Shown: positions 1-14,441 of the stretch, one piece after another | Position numbering within the stretch: position 1 is the first letter of the stretch | How the letters are laid out: each line of letters begins with the position of its first letter | DNA from: an uncultured Candidatus Rokubacteria bacterium | GTDB taxonomy: Bacteria; Methylomirabilota; Methylomirabilia; Rokubacteriales; CSP1-6 | DNA: 64,000 nucleotides | Assembly: GCA_963771355.1 (NCBI GenBank) | Contig: CAVYTA010000007.1 | Location: 748,586 to 812,585 of the forward strand | Direction of reading: 5' to 3' | Program-made: the position numbers and the translations under genes | Notes under the pieces: model-generated | Databases searched by the model: none | Told to the model about the DNA's origin: nothing | The model's input: the letters and a program-made list of their open reading frames with translations, nothing else

Positions 1-2740
<2,740 letters not shown>

Positions 2741-2751
2741 CGGGGGGGCCC

Positions 2752-2973
2752 ATGGCGGACAGTCTGGTCCAGCGGCTGGAGCAGCTCGAGCAGTCCATCA
2801 AGCGCGCGGCGGAGGTGATCGCGCGCCTTCGCCTCGAGCGCGACGCGCTCAAGGCCAGGATCGACGGGTTCGAGACGGAGCGGGCCGAGCTGCGCACGCT
2901 GAAGCAGGAGCGCAAGGACGTGTTGACGCAGGTCGATGCGATCCTCCGGGAGCTGGACAAGATCGAGCTGTAG
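2752..2973 (+). CDS. Short coiled-coil protein, ZapB-like
   Basis: Heptad-rich 73 aa ORF between pheT and zapA. Confidence 0.65.
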   Translation: MADSLVQRLEQLEQSIKRAAEVIARLRLERDALKARIDGFETERAELRTLKQERKDVLTQVDAILRELDKIEL

Positions 2974-2982
2974 GAGGGTCTG

Positions 2983-3279
2983 ATGGCCGAGCCCAGGCGG
3001 GTGGACGTCGAGGTTCTCGGGCAGCGCTATGCCATCCGGAGTGACGCGCCGCCGGACTATGTGAAGCAGCTGGTGTCGTACGTCGAGAAGCGGGTGAAGG
3101 AGATCCGGGGTGACACCCCCGGGCAGGATCCGACCAAGCTGCTGGTCCTGACCGCGCTCGACATCACCGACGAGCTCTTCCGTCTCCGCGAGGAGCATGG
3201 CCAGGGTGATGTGGACGTCACCGCGCGGCTGGGGCAGCTCATCAAGCTGCTCGACTCCGTGGCCCCGCCCACGCGCTGA
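2983..3279 (+). CDS. zapA: Cell division protein ZapA
   Basis: VDVEVLGQRYAI...LTALDITDEL pattern; pheT-zapA-6S-rny context; GGAGG RBS. Confidence 0.88.
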   Translation: MAEPRRVDVEVLGQRYAIRSDAPPDYVKQLVSYVEKRVKEIRGDTPGQDPTKLLVLTALDITDELFRLREEHGQGDVDVTARLGQLIKLLDSVAPPTR

Positions 3280-3383
3280 GCGGCACGCGAGGGGCCCGGG
3301 GGGGGACCGCGGGGGACGGGTGGCGCGTCGCGTCCAAGGCCGCGATCTCGGCTAGCGACTTAGGGGGGCTAGCGACTTAGGGC

Positions 3384-3413
3384 TTGACGGTAGGCGGGGC
3401 GGGAGGGTACACA
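3384..3413 (+). promoter_or_regulatory. Sigma70-type promoter for 6S RNA
   Basis: TTGACG (3384-3389), 18 nt spacer, TACACA (3408-3413). Confidence 0.5.
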
Positions 3414-3415
3414 GA

Positions 3416-3596
3416 GACAGCCCTGCGCTGTGCGTGATGTCGGGGGGAAGTTTCAACCTCGTTTACACGCAGGACGCCGTGCAAGAGGGTGGTGCGCATG
3501 CCCCTCGTTGAGGGGAAGCCTGAAGCCCTCCTTTTGGCGCCCACCTGGTACATACCAGGTTCGAAACACCGTCGGCACACGGCAGAGGTGGGGCAC
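3416..3596 (+). ncRNA. ssrS: 6S RNA (ends approximate)
   Basis: ~180 nt non-coding stretch after zapA with complementary ends (CCCTGCGCTGTGCG / GCACACGGCAGAGG) and internal hairpin ACCTGGTA-CA-TACCAGGT; canonical zapA-ssrS position. Confidence 0.75.
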
Positions 3597-3668
3597 GCTA
3601 CGCTCTCCGATCGGCCCATTCGGGCCGATCGTGCCGTCCTTCAGGAGACCGGCCGCGGCGCCGTTACA

Positions 3669-3698
3669 TTGACTTTGCGCCTCGGCAGGCAGTATACT
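3669..3698 (+). promoter_or_regulatory. Sigma70-type promoter upstream of rny
   Basis: TTGACT (3669-3674), 18 nt spacer, TATACT (3693-3698). Confidence 0.6.
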
Positions 3699-3778
3699 TC
3701 TCCAAATTTCGCGGCTATTTGCCGCGCGTGTCACTGAGAATACACAATCCGTCCGGGGTTCCCCGGAAGGAGAGACCG

Positions 3779-5377
3779 ATGGATTTGATGCTGCTCCTCC
3801 TCCCTCTCGTTGCCATCCTCGCGTTCCTCGTCGGGTACCTCGGGCAGAAGATCACCACCGTCCGCACCATCGGCGATGCCGAGTCGCGCGCCCGTCGCAT
3901 CGTGGAGGACGCCAAGCGCCACGTGGACCAGGCCGCCCGCGACGCGGAGGCCAAGGCGCGAGAAGCCGAGGCCCGGATTCGCGCGTCCGAGCTCGAGGTC
4001 AAGGAGTCCGCCCTGCGTGGCCGGGCCGAGCTGGAGCAGGAAACCCGGTCCCGGCAGAAGGAGATCCAGGAGATCGAGCGCCGGGTGGCCCAGCAGGAAG
4101 AGCAGCTGGGCCGCCGGATGGACCTCCTCGACCGGCGGGATCATGATTTCCAGAATCGGGAGAAGAGCCTGGGGGACCGGGAGCGGCGCCTCACCGAGAC
4201 GGAAGCCCGGCTGGCCAACGCGCTCGACGAGCACCGGCGCAAGCTCGAGTCCATCGCCGGCCTGACCGCGGAGGAGGCCCGGCGCCAGCTCATGGCCCAG
4301 GTGGAGGTCGAGATCCGACGCGAGGCCCAGCTCCTGGGCATGCGGCTCGAGGAGGAGGCGCGCGAGACCGCCCACGTCAAGGCCAAGGAGGTGCTCGCCA
4401 CCACCATCCAGCGCCTCGCCCCCGAGTACACGGTGGAGACCGCGGTGTCCATCGTGGACCTCCCCTCCGACGACATGAAGGGGCGCATCATCGGACGCGA
4501 GGGCCGCAACATCCGGGCGCTGGAGCTCCACACCGGCGTGGACCTCATCGTGGACGATACCCCGGAAGCAGTCCTCATCTCCGCCTATGATCCCTACCGC
4601 CGCGAGATCGCGCGGCTGGCCCTCCAGAAGCTCGTCGCCGACGGCCGCATCCACCCGGCGCGCATCGAGGAAGTGGTGGAGAAGGTCAAGAAGGACATGG
4701 AGGAGCACCTCAAGGAGGAGGGCGAGAAGGCCTGCTTCGAGGTGGGCGTGCATGGTCTCCACCCCGAGCTGGTGAAGCTCGTCGGCCGGATGAAGTTCCG
4801 CACCTCCTACGGCCAGAATTGCCTCCAGCACTCCAAGGAAGTGGCGTGGCTGGCCGGGATGATGGCGGCCGAGATCGGCGCCGACGTCAAGCTCGCCAAG
4901 CGCATGGGGCTGCTCCACGACATCGGCAAGGCGCTGACCCACGAGCAGGAGGGGAGCCATCCCGAGCTGTCGCTCATGGTGCTGACCAAGTACAACGAGT
5001 CGCCCCAGGTCATCAACGCGGCCCTGTGCGGCCACGAGAACGTGGAGCCGGAGACCATCGAAGCGACCTTGACCGAGGCCGCCGACGGCATCTCCGCGGC
5101 GCGCCCGGGCGCCCGCCGTGACGTGCTGGAGAGCTACATCAAGCGCCTGGCCAAGCTGGAAGAGATCGCCATGTCCTACAAGGGCGTGGAGATGTGCTAC
5201 GCGATCCAGGCGGGGCGCGAGCTGCGCATCATGACCAAGTCCGAGCAGATCTCCGACCTCGACGCGCATCAGCTCGCCAAGGACATCTCCAAGCGCATCG
5301 AGGCCGAGATGCAGTACCCCGGCCACATCAAGGTGGTGGTCATCCGCGAGACGCGCGCGGTGGAAGTGGCGAAGTAA
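3779..5377 (+). CDS. rny: Ribonuclease Y
   Basis: N-terminal TM helix, coiled coil, KH domain ([13 protein letters not shown]), HD motif (LLHDIGK); AAGGAG RBS before ATG 3779. Confidence 0.97.
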   Translation: MDLMLLLLPLVAILAFLVGYLGQKITTVRTIGDAESRARRIVEDAKRHVDQAARDAEAKAREAEARIRASELEVKESALRGRAELEQETRSRQKEIQEIERRVAQQEEQLGRRMDLLDRRDHDFQNREKSLGDRERRLTETEARLANALDEHRRKLESIAGLTAEEARRQLMAQVEVEIRREAQLLGMRLEEEARETAHVKAKEVLATTIQRLAPEYTVETAVSIVDLPSDDMKGRIIGREGRNIRALELHTGVDLIVDDTPEAVLISAYDPYRREIARLALQKLVADGRIHPARIEEVVEKVKKDMEEHLKEEGEKACFEVGVHGLHPELVKLVGRMKFRTSYGQNCLQHSKEVAWLAGMMAAEIGADVKLAKRMGLLHDIGKALTHEQEGSHPELSLMVLTKYNESPQVINAALCGHENVEPETIEATLTEAADGISAARPGARRDVLESYIKRLAKLEEIAMSYKGVEMCYAIQAGRELRIMTKSEQISDLDAHQLAKDISKRIEAEMQYPGHIKVVVIRETRAVEVAK

Positions 5378-5380
5378 GCG

Positions 5381-6178
5381 GTGACGAAGCCTCTGACCGT
5401 TCTCTGCGTGGGGGATGTCTTCGGCGATCCCGGTCGCCGCGCGGTGCACACCCTCCTGCCCAAGCTCCGCAAGCAGTACGAGGTGGATCTGGCGGTGGTG
5501 AACGTCGAGAACGCCGCCGCCGGCTACGGGGTGACGCCCGAGATCGCGCGCGCCTTCCTCTCCGACGGCGTGGACGTGATGACCTCCGGGAACCATACCT
5601 GGGACCGGAAGGAGATCATCGAGTACATCGTGAAGGAGAACCTCCTCCTCCGTCCCGCCAACTATCCGCTGGGGACACCCGGCGCGGGCTCGGTGGTGGT
5701 GAAGGCGGGGCCGCACAAGGTCGGAGTCCTGAACGTGATGGGCCGGGTATTCTTCCCCCAGCATCTGGACTGCCCCTTCCGCAAGGCCGACGAGGAAGTG
5801 GCGCGCCTGCGCCAGGACACGCCGATCATCGTGGTGGACGCCCACTGCGAGGCGACGTCGGAGTCGCAGGCGCTCGGGTGGTATCTCGACGGGCGGGTGA
5901 GCGCGGTGGTGGGCACCCATCGCCACGTGCAGACCGCGGACGAGCGCGTGCTCACGCAGGGGACGGCCTACATCACGGATCTCGGCATGACCGGGCCGGT
6001 GGATTCGGTGATCGGCGTGGACCCGGAGCTGGCCATCGGCCGGTTCCTCACCCAGATGCCCAATCGCTTCGTGCCCGCCAAGGGGCCCGTCGCGCTGCAC
6101 GGCGTGGTCATCCGCATCGATCCGGAAACCGGCAAGGCCCTCGGGATCGAACGCCTCCGGGTCCCCGCTCCCGCCTAG
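5381..6178 (+). CDS. ymdB: YmdB-like metallophosphoesterase (TIGR00282)
   Basis: GDVFG, NVENAA, TSGNH, DAHCEATSE, GTHRHVQTAD and DLGMTG motifs; follows rny. Confidence 0.93.
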   Translation: MTKPLTVLCVGDVFGDPGRRAVHTLLPKLRKQYEVDLAVVNVENAAAGYGVTPEIARAFLSDGVDVMTSGNHTWDRKEIIEYIVKENLLLRPANYPLGTPGAGSVVVKAGPHKVGVLNVMGRVFFPQHLDCPFRKADEEVARLRQDTPIIVVDAHCEATSESQALGWYLDGRVSAVVGTHRHVQTADERVLTQGTAYITDLGMTGPVDSVIGVDPELAIGRFLTQMPNRFVPAKGPVALHGVVIRIDPETGKALGIERLRVPAPA

Positions 6179-6190
6179 CCCCCGCCGCCC

Positions 6191-7042
6191 TTGATTCTCG
6201 ACGGCAAGGCGGTCGCGGCGAAGGTCCTGGCCGAGGTCAAGGCCGGCGCCGCGGCCTACCGGGATCGAACTGGTGCGCCCCCCACCCTCGCGGTCGTCCT
6301 CGTGGGCGAGGATCCCGCCTCCGCGCTCTACGTCCGCAGCAAGAAGAAGGACGCGGAAGAGGTGGGCATCGCCTCGCGCGACTTCCTCTACCCCGGCGGG
6401 TGCTCCCAGTCGGAGCTGCTCGCGACGATCAAGTCGATCAACGCGGATCGCGGCATCCACGGCGTCCTCGTCCAGCTCCCCCTGCCCAAGGGGCTCAACG
6501 AGGACGAGATCATCGCCGCCATCGCCCCCGAGAAGGATGCCGACGGCCTCCACCCGATGAGCCTCGGCCATCTGCTCGCGGGCAAGCCGACCATGGTCCC
6601 GTGCACGCCCGCCGGCTGTCTCGAGATCCTCGACCACTACGGCATCCCGCTCGAGGGCGCGGAAGCGGTGGTGGTGGGCCGCTCGCGACTGGTGGGCAAG
6701 CCGCTCGTCCAGCTCCTCGTGGCCCGCCACGCCACCGTGACCACCTGCCACACGCGCACGCGGGATCTCGCCGCGCACTGCCGGCGCGCCGACATCCTCT
6801 GCGTGGCCGCCGGCCGAGCCCGCATGATCACCGGCGACATGGTGAAGGACGGGGTGGTGGTCATCGACGTGGGGACTAATCGGTTGGAGACGGGGAAGTT
6901 GGCGGGCGACGTGGACTTTGCCTCCGTGAGCCCCAAGGCGCGCGCCATCACGCCCGTGCCGGGCGGGGTCGGCCCCATGACGCGTGCCATGCTCATGCGC
7001 AACACCCTCCGCGCCGCCCAGCGGCAGGCCGGCCTCGTATGA
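6191..7042 (+). CDS. folD: Methylenetetrahydrofolate dehydrogenase/cyclohydrolase
   Basis: LVQLPLP, KDADGLHP, PCTPAG and TPVPGGVGPMT motifs. Confidence 0.97.
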   Translation: MILDGKAVAAKVLAEVKAGAAAYRDRTGAPPTLAVVLVGEDPASALYVRSKKKDAEEVGIASRDFLYPGGCSQSELLATIKSINADRGIHGVLVQLPLPKGLNEDEIIAAIAPEKDADGLHPMSLGHLLAGKPTMVPCTPAGCLEILDHYGIPLEGAEAVVVGRSRLVGKPLVQLLVARHATVTTCHTRTRDLAAHCRRADILCVAAGRARMITGDMVKDGVVVIDVGTNRLETGKLAGDVDFASVSPKARAITPVPGGVGPMTRAMLMRNTLRAAQRQAGLV

Positions 7043-8397
7043 GCGAGCGGCCGGTGTGGTCGGTCTCCGAGCTGACGGCACGGATCAAGTCGCAGCTCGA
7101 GGTGGGATTTCCCACCGTCTGGGTGGAGGGGGAGATCAGCAATCTCCGCACGCCCGGCTCGGGGCATGCCTATTTCACCCTGAAGGACGAGATGGCTCAG
7201 CTCCGCGCGGTGCTGTTCCGGGGCCGGGGCCGGCGGGTGCGCTTCGATCTGGAGGACGGCATGCAGGTGCTCGCCTTCGGCGGCCTCGACGTCTACGCCG
7301 CGCGAGGGGAGTACCAGTTGGTGGTGGAGCTGCTCGAGCCCAAGGGGCTGGGGGCGCTACAGGCCGCGTTCGAGCAGCTCAAGCGCCGGCTCGAGGCGGA
7401 CGGCCTCTTCGATGGGGCCCGCAAGCGCCCGCTGCCCGCCTACCCGCGCACCATCGCCATCGTGACCTCTCCCACCGGCGCCGCCATCCGCGACATGCTC
7501 AACATCATCGGCCGGCGCTTCGGCGATCTGCGGGTGCTCATCCTCCCCGTGCGGGTGCAGGGAGACGAGGCGCCGCTGGAGATCGTGGCGGCGCTCACCG
7601 CCATCGGCGGGATGCCCGAGGTGGACGTCGTCATCGTGGGCCGCGGCGGCGGCTCCATCGAGGATCTGTGGGCCTTCAATGACGAGCGGGTGGCGCGCGC
7701 CATCTTCGCCTGCCCGTACCCGGTGATCTCCGCGGTGGGGCACGAGACGGACTTCACCATCGCCGACTTCGTGGCCGACCTCCGCGCGCCCACGCCGTCC
7801 GGCGCCGCCGAGCTGGTGGTGCGCGAGAAGCTCGAGGTGATCCGGGCGGTGACCGAGCTCTACGGGCGCCTGTGCCTCGGCATGGCCCGGCAGATGGACC
7901 AGCGGCGCGAGCGCGTCGGCGGGCTGGCGCGCCGCCGCGTGCTCACCGAGCCCGGCCGCGTGCTCCGAGAGTGGACGCGGCGGCTGGACGACGGGGCCGC
8001 GCGCCTGCATGCCGCCGTCCACCACCATCACCGGGCGCTGGGCCATCGCGCGGAGCTCGCCACAAACGCCTTGAGTTCCCAGCACCCGTTGGCTAGGATT
8101 TCCAACGGCACCGCGGTGCTCGCCCAGCTCCGCGGCCGGCTTGCCGCGTCTGCTTCCCATCGCGCCAAGGTCTCGCGGCATCGGTTCAGCGCCGCGGTGG
8201 GGCGTCTCCAGACGCTCTCACCGCTCGCGGTGCTGGGGCGCGGGTACAGCCTGACGCGTCTCCTGCCGTCGGGCACGGTGGTGCGGAGCGCGGCGCAGGT
8301 GCGCGTGGGCGACGCGATCGAGGTCCTGCTGGCGGAAGGCGCGCTGGGCGCGCGCGTGACGGACGTGAAGGAGCGAGATGACCGACATCAAGTTTGA
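7039..8397 (+). CDS. xseA: Exodeoxyribonuclease VII large subunit
   Basis: VEGEISN, GHAYFTLKD, RGGGSIEDLWAFNDE, GHETDFTIADFVAD. Confidence 0.97.
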   Translation: MSERPVWSVSELTARIKSQLEVGFPTVWVEGEISNLRTPGSGHAYFTLKDEMAQLRAVLFRGRGRRVRFDLEDGMQVLAFGGLDVYAARGEYQLVVELLEPKGLGALQAAFEQLKRRLEADGLFDGARKRPLPAYPRTIAIVTSPTGAAIRDMLNIIGRRFGDLRVLILPVRVQGDEAPLEIVAALTAIGGMPEVDVVIVGRGGGSIEDLWAFNDERVARAIFACPYPVISAVGHETDFTIADFVADLRAPTPSGAAELVVREKLEVIRAVTELYGRLCLGMARQMDQRRERVGGLARRRVLTEPGRVLREWTRRLDDGAARLHAAVHHHHRALGHRAELATNALSSQHPLARISNGTAVLAQLRGRLAASASHRAKVSRHRFSAAVGRLQTLSPLAVLGRGYSLTRLLPSGTVVRSAAQVRVGDAIEVLLAEGALGARVTDVKERDDRHQV

Positions 8398-8617
8398 GGA
8401 CGCGCTGGCGCGGCTCGAGCAGATCGTGGACACGCTCGAAGCCGGCAACCTGCCCCTCGAGGAGTCGCTGAAGGCCTTCGAGGAAGGGGTGGGGCTCGCC
8501 CGCCGCTGCTCGAAGTACCTCGAGGAAGCGGAGAAGCGCATCGAGCTCCTCACCAAGGACGAGGGCGGGCTGCTCCGCGCGGAGCCCTTCACGTGGGACG
8601 AGGACAAACAGGGGTGA
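8378..8617 (+). CDS. xseB: Exodeoxyribonuclease VII small subunit
   Basis: FEDALARLEQIV...LEESLKAFEEG. Confidence 0.95.
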   Translation: MTDIKFEDALARLEQIVDTLEAGNLPLEESLKAFEEGVGLARRCSKYLEEAEKRIELLTKDEGGLLRAEPFTWDEDKQG

Positions 8618-9507
8618 GCTTCGATTTCGAGGCCTACATGAAGGACCGGGCGCGCGCGGTGGACGCGGCGCTCGAGCGCGTCCTGCCCCCCGAGAGCCGC
8701 GCGCCCGCCACCCTTCACCGCGCCATGCGCTACAGCATCTTCGCGGGGGGGAAGCGGCTGCGCCCGGTGCTGGTGATCGCGGGGGCGGAGGCGGTGGGCG
8801 GCCGGATGGAGCCGGTGCTGCCGGCGGCCTGCGCGCTGGAGATGATCCACACCTATTCGCTCATCCACGACGACCTGCCCGCGATGGACAACGACGACTA
8901 TCGCCGCGGCCGCCCCACCAGCCACAAGGTGTTCGGCGAGGCCATGGCCATCCTGGCCGGTGACGGCCTGCTCACGCACGCCTTCCGCCTGCTCGCCGAC
9001 TGCTGGCAGCCGGGCATGGACGGCGCCGTCCTCCGCGACGTGGTGGTGGATCTGGCCGACGCCGCGGGCACCGATGGCATGGTGGCGGGGCAGGTGGCCG
9101 ATCTGGAGGCGGAGGGGCAACGGGTCGGCGCCGACATGCTGGACTACATCCACCTGCACAAGACGGCGGCGCTGATCCGCGCGTCCATCACGGTGGGGGC
9201 CCGGCTGTCCGGCGCCGGCGGCGAGGCCCTCCGCGCGCTGGCGGTGGCGGGTCAGGCGCTGGGGCTCGCCTTTCAGATCGTGGACGACATGCTCGACGTC
9301 ACCGCCACCAGCGCCCAGCTCGGCAAGACCGCCGGCAAGGATCAGGCGCAGCAGAAGGCCACCTATCCGGCCGTCCACGGGCTACCCGCCTCACGAGCCC
9401 GCGCCGAGGCGCTCACCGGCGAGGCGCTCGACGCGCTGGCGCCGCTGGGCCTGCCCGCCGAACCCCTCCGTGCGCTCGCGCGCTTCATCCTCGAGAGAAA
9501 GGCCTAG
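8614..9507 (+). CDS. ispA: Polyprenyl (farnesyl) diphosphate synthase
   Basis: GGKRLRP, LIHDDLPAMDNDDYRRG, FQIVDD; GTG start overlaps xseB stop. Confidence 0.93.
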   Translation: MSFDFEAYMKDRARAVDAALERVLPPESRAPATLHRAMRYSIFAGGKRLRPVLVIAGAEAVGGRMEPVLPAACALEMIHTYSLIHDDLPAMDNDDYRRGRPTSHKVFGEAMAILAGDGLLTHAFRLLADCWQPGMDGAVLRDVVVDLADAAGTDGMVAGQVADLEAEGQRVGADMLDYIHLHKTAALIRASITVGARLSGAGGEALRALAVAGQALGLAFQIVDDMLDVTATSAQLGKTAGKDQAQQKATYPAVHGLPASRARAEALTGEALDALAPLGLPAEPLRALARFILERKA

Positions 9508-11075
<1,568 letters not shown>

Positions 11076-11084
11076 CCCCGCGCC

Positions 11085-12605
11085 ATGGAGTATCTCGTCC
11101 CTGCCTTCTTCCTGATCGCGCTGGCCATCAATGCCCGCGCCGTCTTCAAGCTGTCCCTGGACTGGAAGGGCATGCGGACCACCGTCCGCTTCGTCCGCGA
11201 GGCGTATGCCCGCCTCGCTTCCCTCCCCACCGAGGAGGTCCTGGAGCGGAACCCCGCCACGCCGGTCTTCCTGCACCTGGTGCCCGCCTACCAGGAGCCG
11301 GACATCGCGGGCACCGTCACCGCGCTCGTCTCCTCGCGCTACCCGCACGGGCATCTCCACGTGGTGGTGGTCACCAAGGAGGAGGAGGAGCGCGCCCCGC
11401 ATCCCCTCATGGGGAGCAGCACGGGGGAGCTGGTGCGCCGGCTGCGCGAGACCCTGCCGCCCTATCAGCAGAAGCGGCTCACGCACGTGACCATGCCGGT
11501 GCCCGGGCGCAAGGCGCAACAGCTCAACTGGGCGCTACGCCCGGAATTCCTGCGCGAAGTCCTCGGCGACACCTATGACCCCGCCGGCGTGTTCGTGGGG
11601 GTGAGCGACGCCGACTCGGTGCCGGATCCCGACACCTACCGCTGGATCGCCGGGCGGGAGCTCGCGGGGCAGGGGGCGCTCGCCTACCAGGGCATCCCGC
11701 TCTCCCTCGCCAACCATGCCCGGCTCGACATCCGCGGCCGGATCTGCGCCATCCAGCAGTCCTCCATCTTCATCCGTGTCTCCATCGCCCGGCTCATCAA
11801 CGAGGTGAAGCGCGTGCGGCTCTTCGCCGTCTTCGCCGCGCGGTGGCCCCGGCTCGGGGCGGCGCTGCGGCCCGCCTTCGAGCTCTTCTTCCGGCGCGCG
11901 CAGATCTGCCTCGGCCACAATCAGTTCGTCCGCCTGGACACACTCCAGGCGCTGGGGGGCTTTCCCACCTCGGGCGCCACCGAGGATTCCACCCTCGGCT
12001 ATGCGCTGGGCGCGCGCGGCATCCTCATCGAGGCCATGCCCATGGTGGAGCTGACCGATCTGCCGGAGACCTCCGAGAAGGTGATCCGCCAGAACGCGCG
12101 CTGGTATCTGGGGGTGCTGGACGATATCGCCTTCCTGCGCGAGCGCTGGCGCGAGCGGAAGAGCGCCTTCAACTTCGCCCAGCTCACGCGTCACCTCGGC
12201 AACAAGGTCATCGAGTGGCCCCTCGCGGCGCTGGTGTATCCCTTCACCGGCTGGCTGGGCTGGTACCTCGCCTATCAGTACCGCGCCGAGCATCCCGTGT
12301 TCTTCTACTTCGGTATCGGCGCGCCCACCGTATCCCTGGCCCTCACGGTGTGGGTGGGCGGCATCGTCACGCAGAATTCCATCGAGGCGCTGCGCCCGTA
12401 TCTGCCGCACGCGGTGGATCTTCAGCGCAAGAGCTGGAAGGAGAAGTTCCTCGGCACCTTCCGCTGCCAGACCTACTGGCTGCTCGCCACGCGCGCGGCC
12501 TGGCGCGTGCTCTGGAGCCTATGGCGCACGGGAGTCTACGAGGCGGCGAAGACCGATCGGGTGATCGCGCGCCGGACGACCGGCCACCTAAAGCGCTCCG
12601 TGTAG
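11085..12605 (+). CDS. Membrane glycosyltransferase family 2
   Basis: LVPAYQE, DAD, TED and QNARW (QxxRW) motifs with TM helices. Confidence 0.8.
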   Translation: MEYLVPAFFLIALAINARAVFKLSLDWKGMRTTVRFVREAYARLASLPTEEVLERNPATPVFLHLVPAYQEPDIAGTVTALVSSRYPHGHLHVVVVTKEEEERAPHPLMGSSTGELVRRLRETLPPYQQKRLTHVTMPVPGRKAQQLNWALRPEFLREVLGDTYDPAGVFVGVSDADSVPDPDTYRWIAGRELAGQGALAYQGIPLSLANHARLDIRGRICAIQQSSIFIRVSIARLINEVKRVRLFAVFAARWPRLGAALRPAFELFFRRAQICLGHNQFVRLDTLQALGGFPTSGATEDSTLGYALGARGILIEAMPMVELTDLPETSEKVIRQNARWYLGVLDDIAFLRERWRERKSAFNFAQLTRHLGNKVIEWPLAALVYPFTGWLGWYLAYQYRAEHPVFFYFGIGAPTVSLALTVWVGGIVTQNSIEALRPYLPHAVDLQRKSWKEKFLGTFRCQTYWLLATRAAWRVLWSLWRTGVYEAAKTDRVIARRTTGHLKRSV

Positions 12606-12746
12606 TTTTTACCGGCCCCGCGGGGGCCGGTAGGCATTAAGGGTCCTCGCGCCCCCTAGATTCTCCTCCTGTAAGTAGCCGTTCCGAGGCGGTTCTCCGG
12701 TTCGACCTTGGGCATGGCCCATGCACCTCTCCGGGAGAGAGGAGGG

Positions 12747-13232
12747 ATGACCATGCGCATCCGAGTGCTACTCAGTCTCGTCGGGATCGGGAGCGCGCTC
12801 GTCATGACCCCGGGCGTCATGGCCCAGCCGCTGGAGACCACGACGCCGCCCGCGAAGCGCGAGCCGCCGCCGCCCGCCATCCCGGACCGCGATCTCCGTC
12901 CCACGCCGCCACCCGTGCCCCATACCCCGGGCTTCCTGAATCCGCTCACCCGGAATACCAGGAACGGCCGCGTCGGCATCGCAGGCTGGACAGCGCCCAA
13001 TCCGCCGGTGGGGGCTCGCGGCGCCGCCGATCCCGAGAGCTCGGGCGTGTTCGGCTTCGGGCTCGCCGCGGAGTGGGGGCGCTCCATCCCGCCGCGCGAC
13101 GTGACCCCGCCCGACGCCGGCTCGCGAGCCGGGAGCCCGCAGGCGAGCCGCCCACCGGATCGCGTCGCGCACGAGCGCGACGGCGGGGGCATGGACGGCG
13201 GAGGGGTTGACGACAGGACCAGCGTCCGGTAG
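12747..13232 (+). CDS. Hypothetical Pro-rich secreted protein
   Basis: GGAGG RBS and signal-peptide-like N-terminus. Confidence 0.5.
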   Translation: MTMRIRVLLSLVGIGSALVMTPGVMAQPLETTTPPAKREPPPPAIPDRDLRPTPPPVPHTPGFLNPLTRNTRNGRVGIAGWTAPNPPVGARGAADPESSGVFGFGLAAEWGRSIPPRDVTPPDAGSRAGSPQASRPPDRVAHERDGGGMDGGGVDDRTSVR

Positions 13233-13235
13233 AGT
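13207..13235 (+). promoter_or_regulatory. Promoter of tRNA-Met
   Basis: TTGACG, 17 nt spacer, TAGAGT, 12 nt before the tRNA. Confidence 0.55.
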
Positions 13236-13247
13236 GTGATTCGTCAC

Positions 13248-13311
<64 letters not shown>

Positions 13312-13324
<13 letters not shown>

Positions 13325-13401
13325 ACAAACACAAGGGGTTCGGCGCTCTCGCCGAGCCCCTTTTGTGTCTCAGTTGGCCGACTTGTCCCGAAACTTGTCC
13401 C
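13312..13401 (+). repeat. att junction 1: tRNA 3' end plus conserved arm
   Basis: GCCCCCGCAACCA-ACAAACACAAGGGG hairpin, then ACTTGTCCC twice; recurs at ~17.7, 28.0, 33.4 and 50.7 kb. Confidence 0.85.
13329..13368 (+). terminator. Terminator-like hairpin within the att arm
   Basis: AAGGGGTTCGGCG-CTCT-CGCCGAGCCCCTTTT. Confidence 0.6.
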
Positions 13402-13406
13402 TTCGC

Positions 13407-13540
13407 GGGGCGACCATGGCGCTGAGCGCCGGGTTCACGGCGCCGATCGTTGATGGCGGCCCTTGGCATGGAAGACGGAACGGACGATGCGGAGGTATGC
13501 GGCAGTGACGGATCAGACTCTCCGGGCGGCGGCGGAGCGT
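13407..13540 (+). pseudogene. Tyrosine recombinase C-terminal remnant
   Basis: Across frameshifts reads GATMALSAGFTAPIV..WKTERTMRRYAAVTDQTLRAAAE, resembling box II with the catalytic Tyr. Confidence 0.6.
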
Positions 13541-13872
13541 CAGGCACGCGCGCCCGAGCCGCCGACCCTCGGCCAAAGTCGAGACGCGAAACTCGCGGAG
13601 GACGTGCGCCCGGTCGGCGTTGGCGGCGGCGAAGAGTGTGTGGGGATCGGCCTCGGAGAGGGCCTCGCCCGAGTCGAAGCCGTGCATGAGGGCGAACGCG
13701 CCAAGCCGGAGGGTGAACCCATCGTCCAGGGCCCGCACCCGTCCGGCCCAGTCGTCGAAGCAGCGAGTTACTTCAGGCTGGTGAAGCATCCAATCGACGA
13801 CGTCTCCATGCAGCCCCGAGCGGTCAGTGTCGAAGAAGAGGTCGGCGGGCTGGGGTGTCGCCTCGTCCTCCA

Positions 13873-14187
13873 TCACCGTTTCCCCCCGCGCGTCGCGCCC
13901 GGCGCGATCTGCCCCGAACCCGTCCGATTCCCCTTGGTGTCGTAGAGGTCGATCCGCCCGCCCTTGTCGATGGTCCCGTAGCCCGTCCGGTTGCTGGACT
14001 TGTCGTAGAAATCCACGCGCTCGCCCTTTTTGTCGATGATGGCGGAGCCCGTCCTGTTGCTGGATTTGTCGAAGAGGTCAACGCGGGTCTCGGCGGGGCG
14101 CTCGTCGGCGAGGGCGGGGGCGGCGAGCGCAACGAGACCGAGCATCAGGCTCCCGGCGAGCGCGAGTCCCTGCCGTCCGTCAGTCAT
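13873..14187 (-). CDS. Small secreted protein with three internal repeats
   Basis: Signal peptide, then RVDLFDKSSNRTG / RVDFYDKSSNRTG / RIDLYDTKGNRTG. Confidence 0.7.
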   Translation of the reverse strand: MTDGRQGLALAGSLMLGLVALAAPALADERPAETRVDLFDKSSNRTGSAIIDKKGERVDFYDKSSNRTGYGTIDKGGRIDLYDTKGNRTGSGQIAPGATRGGKR

Positions 14188-14441
14188 CTTGTGCCCTCCT
14201 GAGAGCATTATAGTCCCCGGCCAGCGTGGCCCGGCAGACGCGCCGGGCGTGATCAGATGGTCTCAAGGATCCTGCGCCCGAGCTTGCGATCTCTACCGGA
14301 CGATGGAACCCTTGACACAGGGTATATGTTCGTCGTGCTGAGGCGACCTTTGGAGGCCCGCGGTTTGGCTCACAGCTTTGGCTCACAGCTTAGATGGTAT
14401 TGGGGGGCCCGACTCATTCGGGGCGGTAGCGGAGCGGCAGC

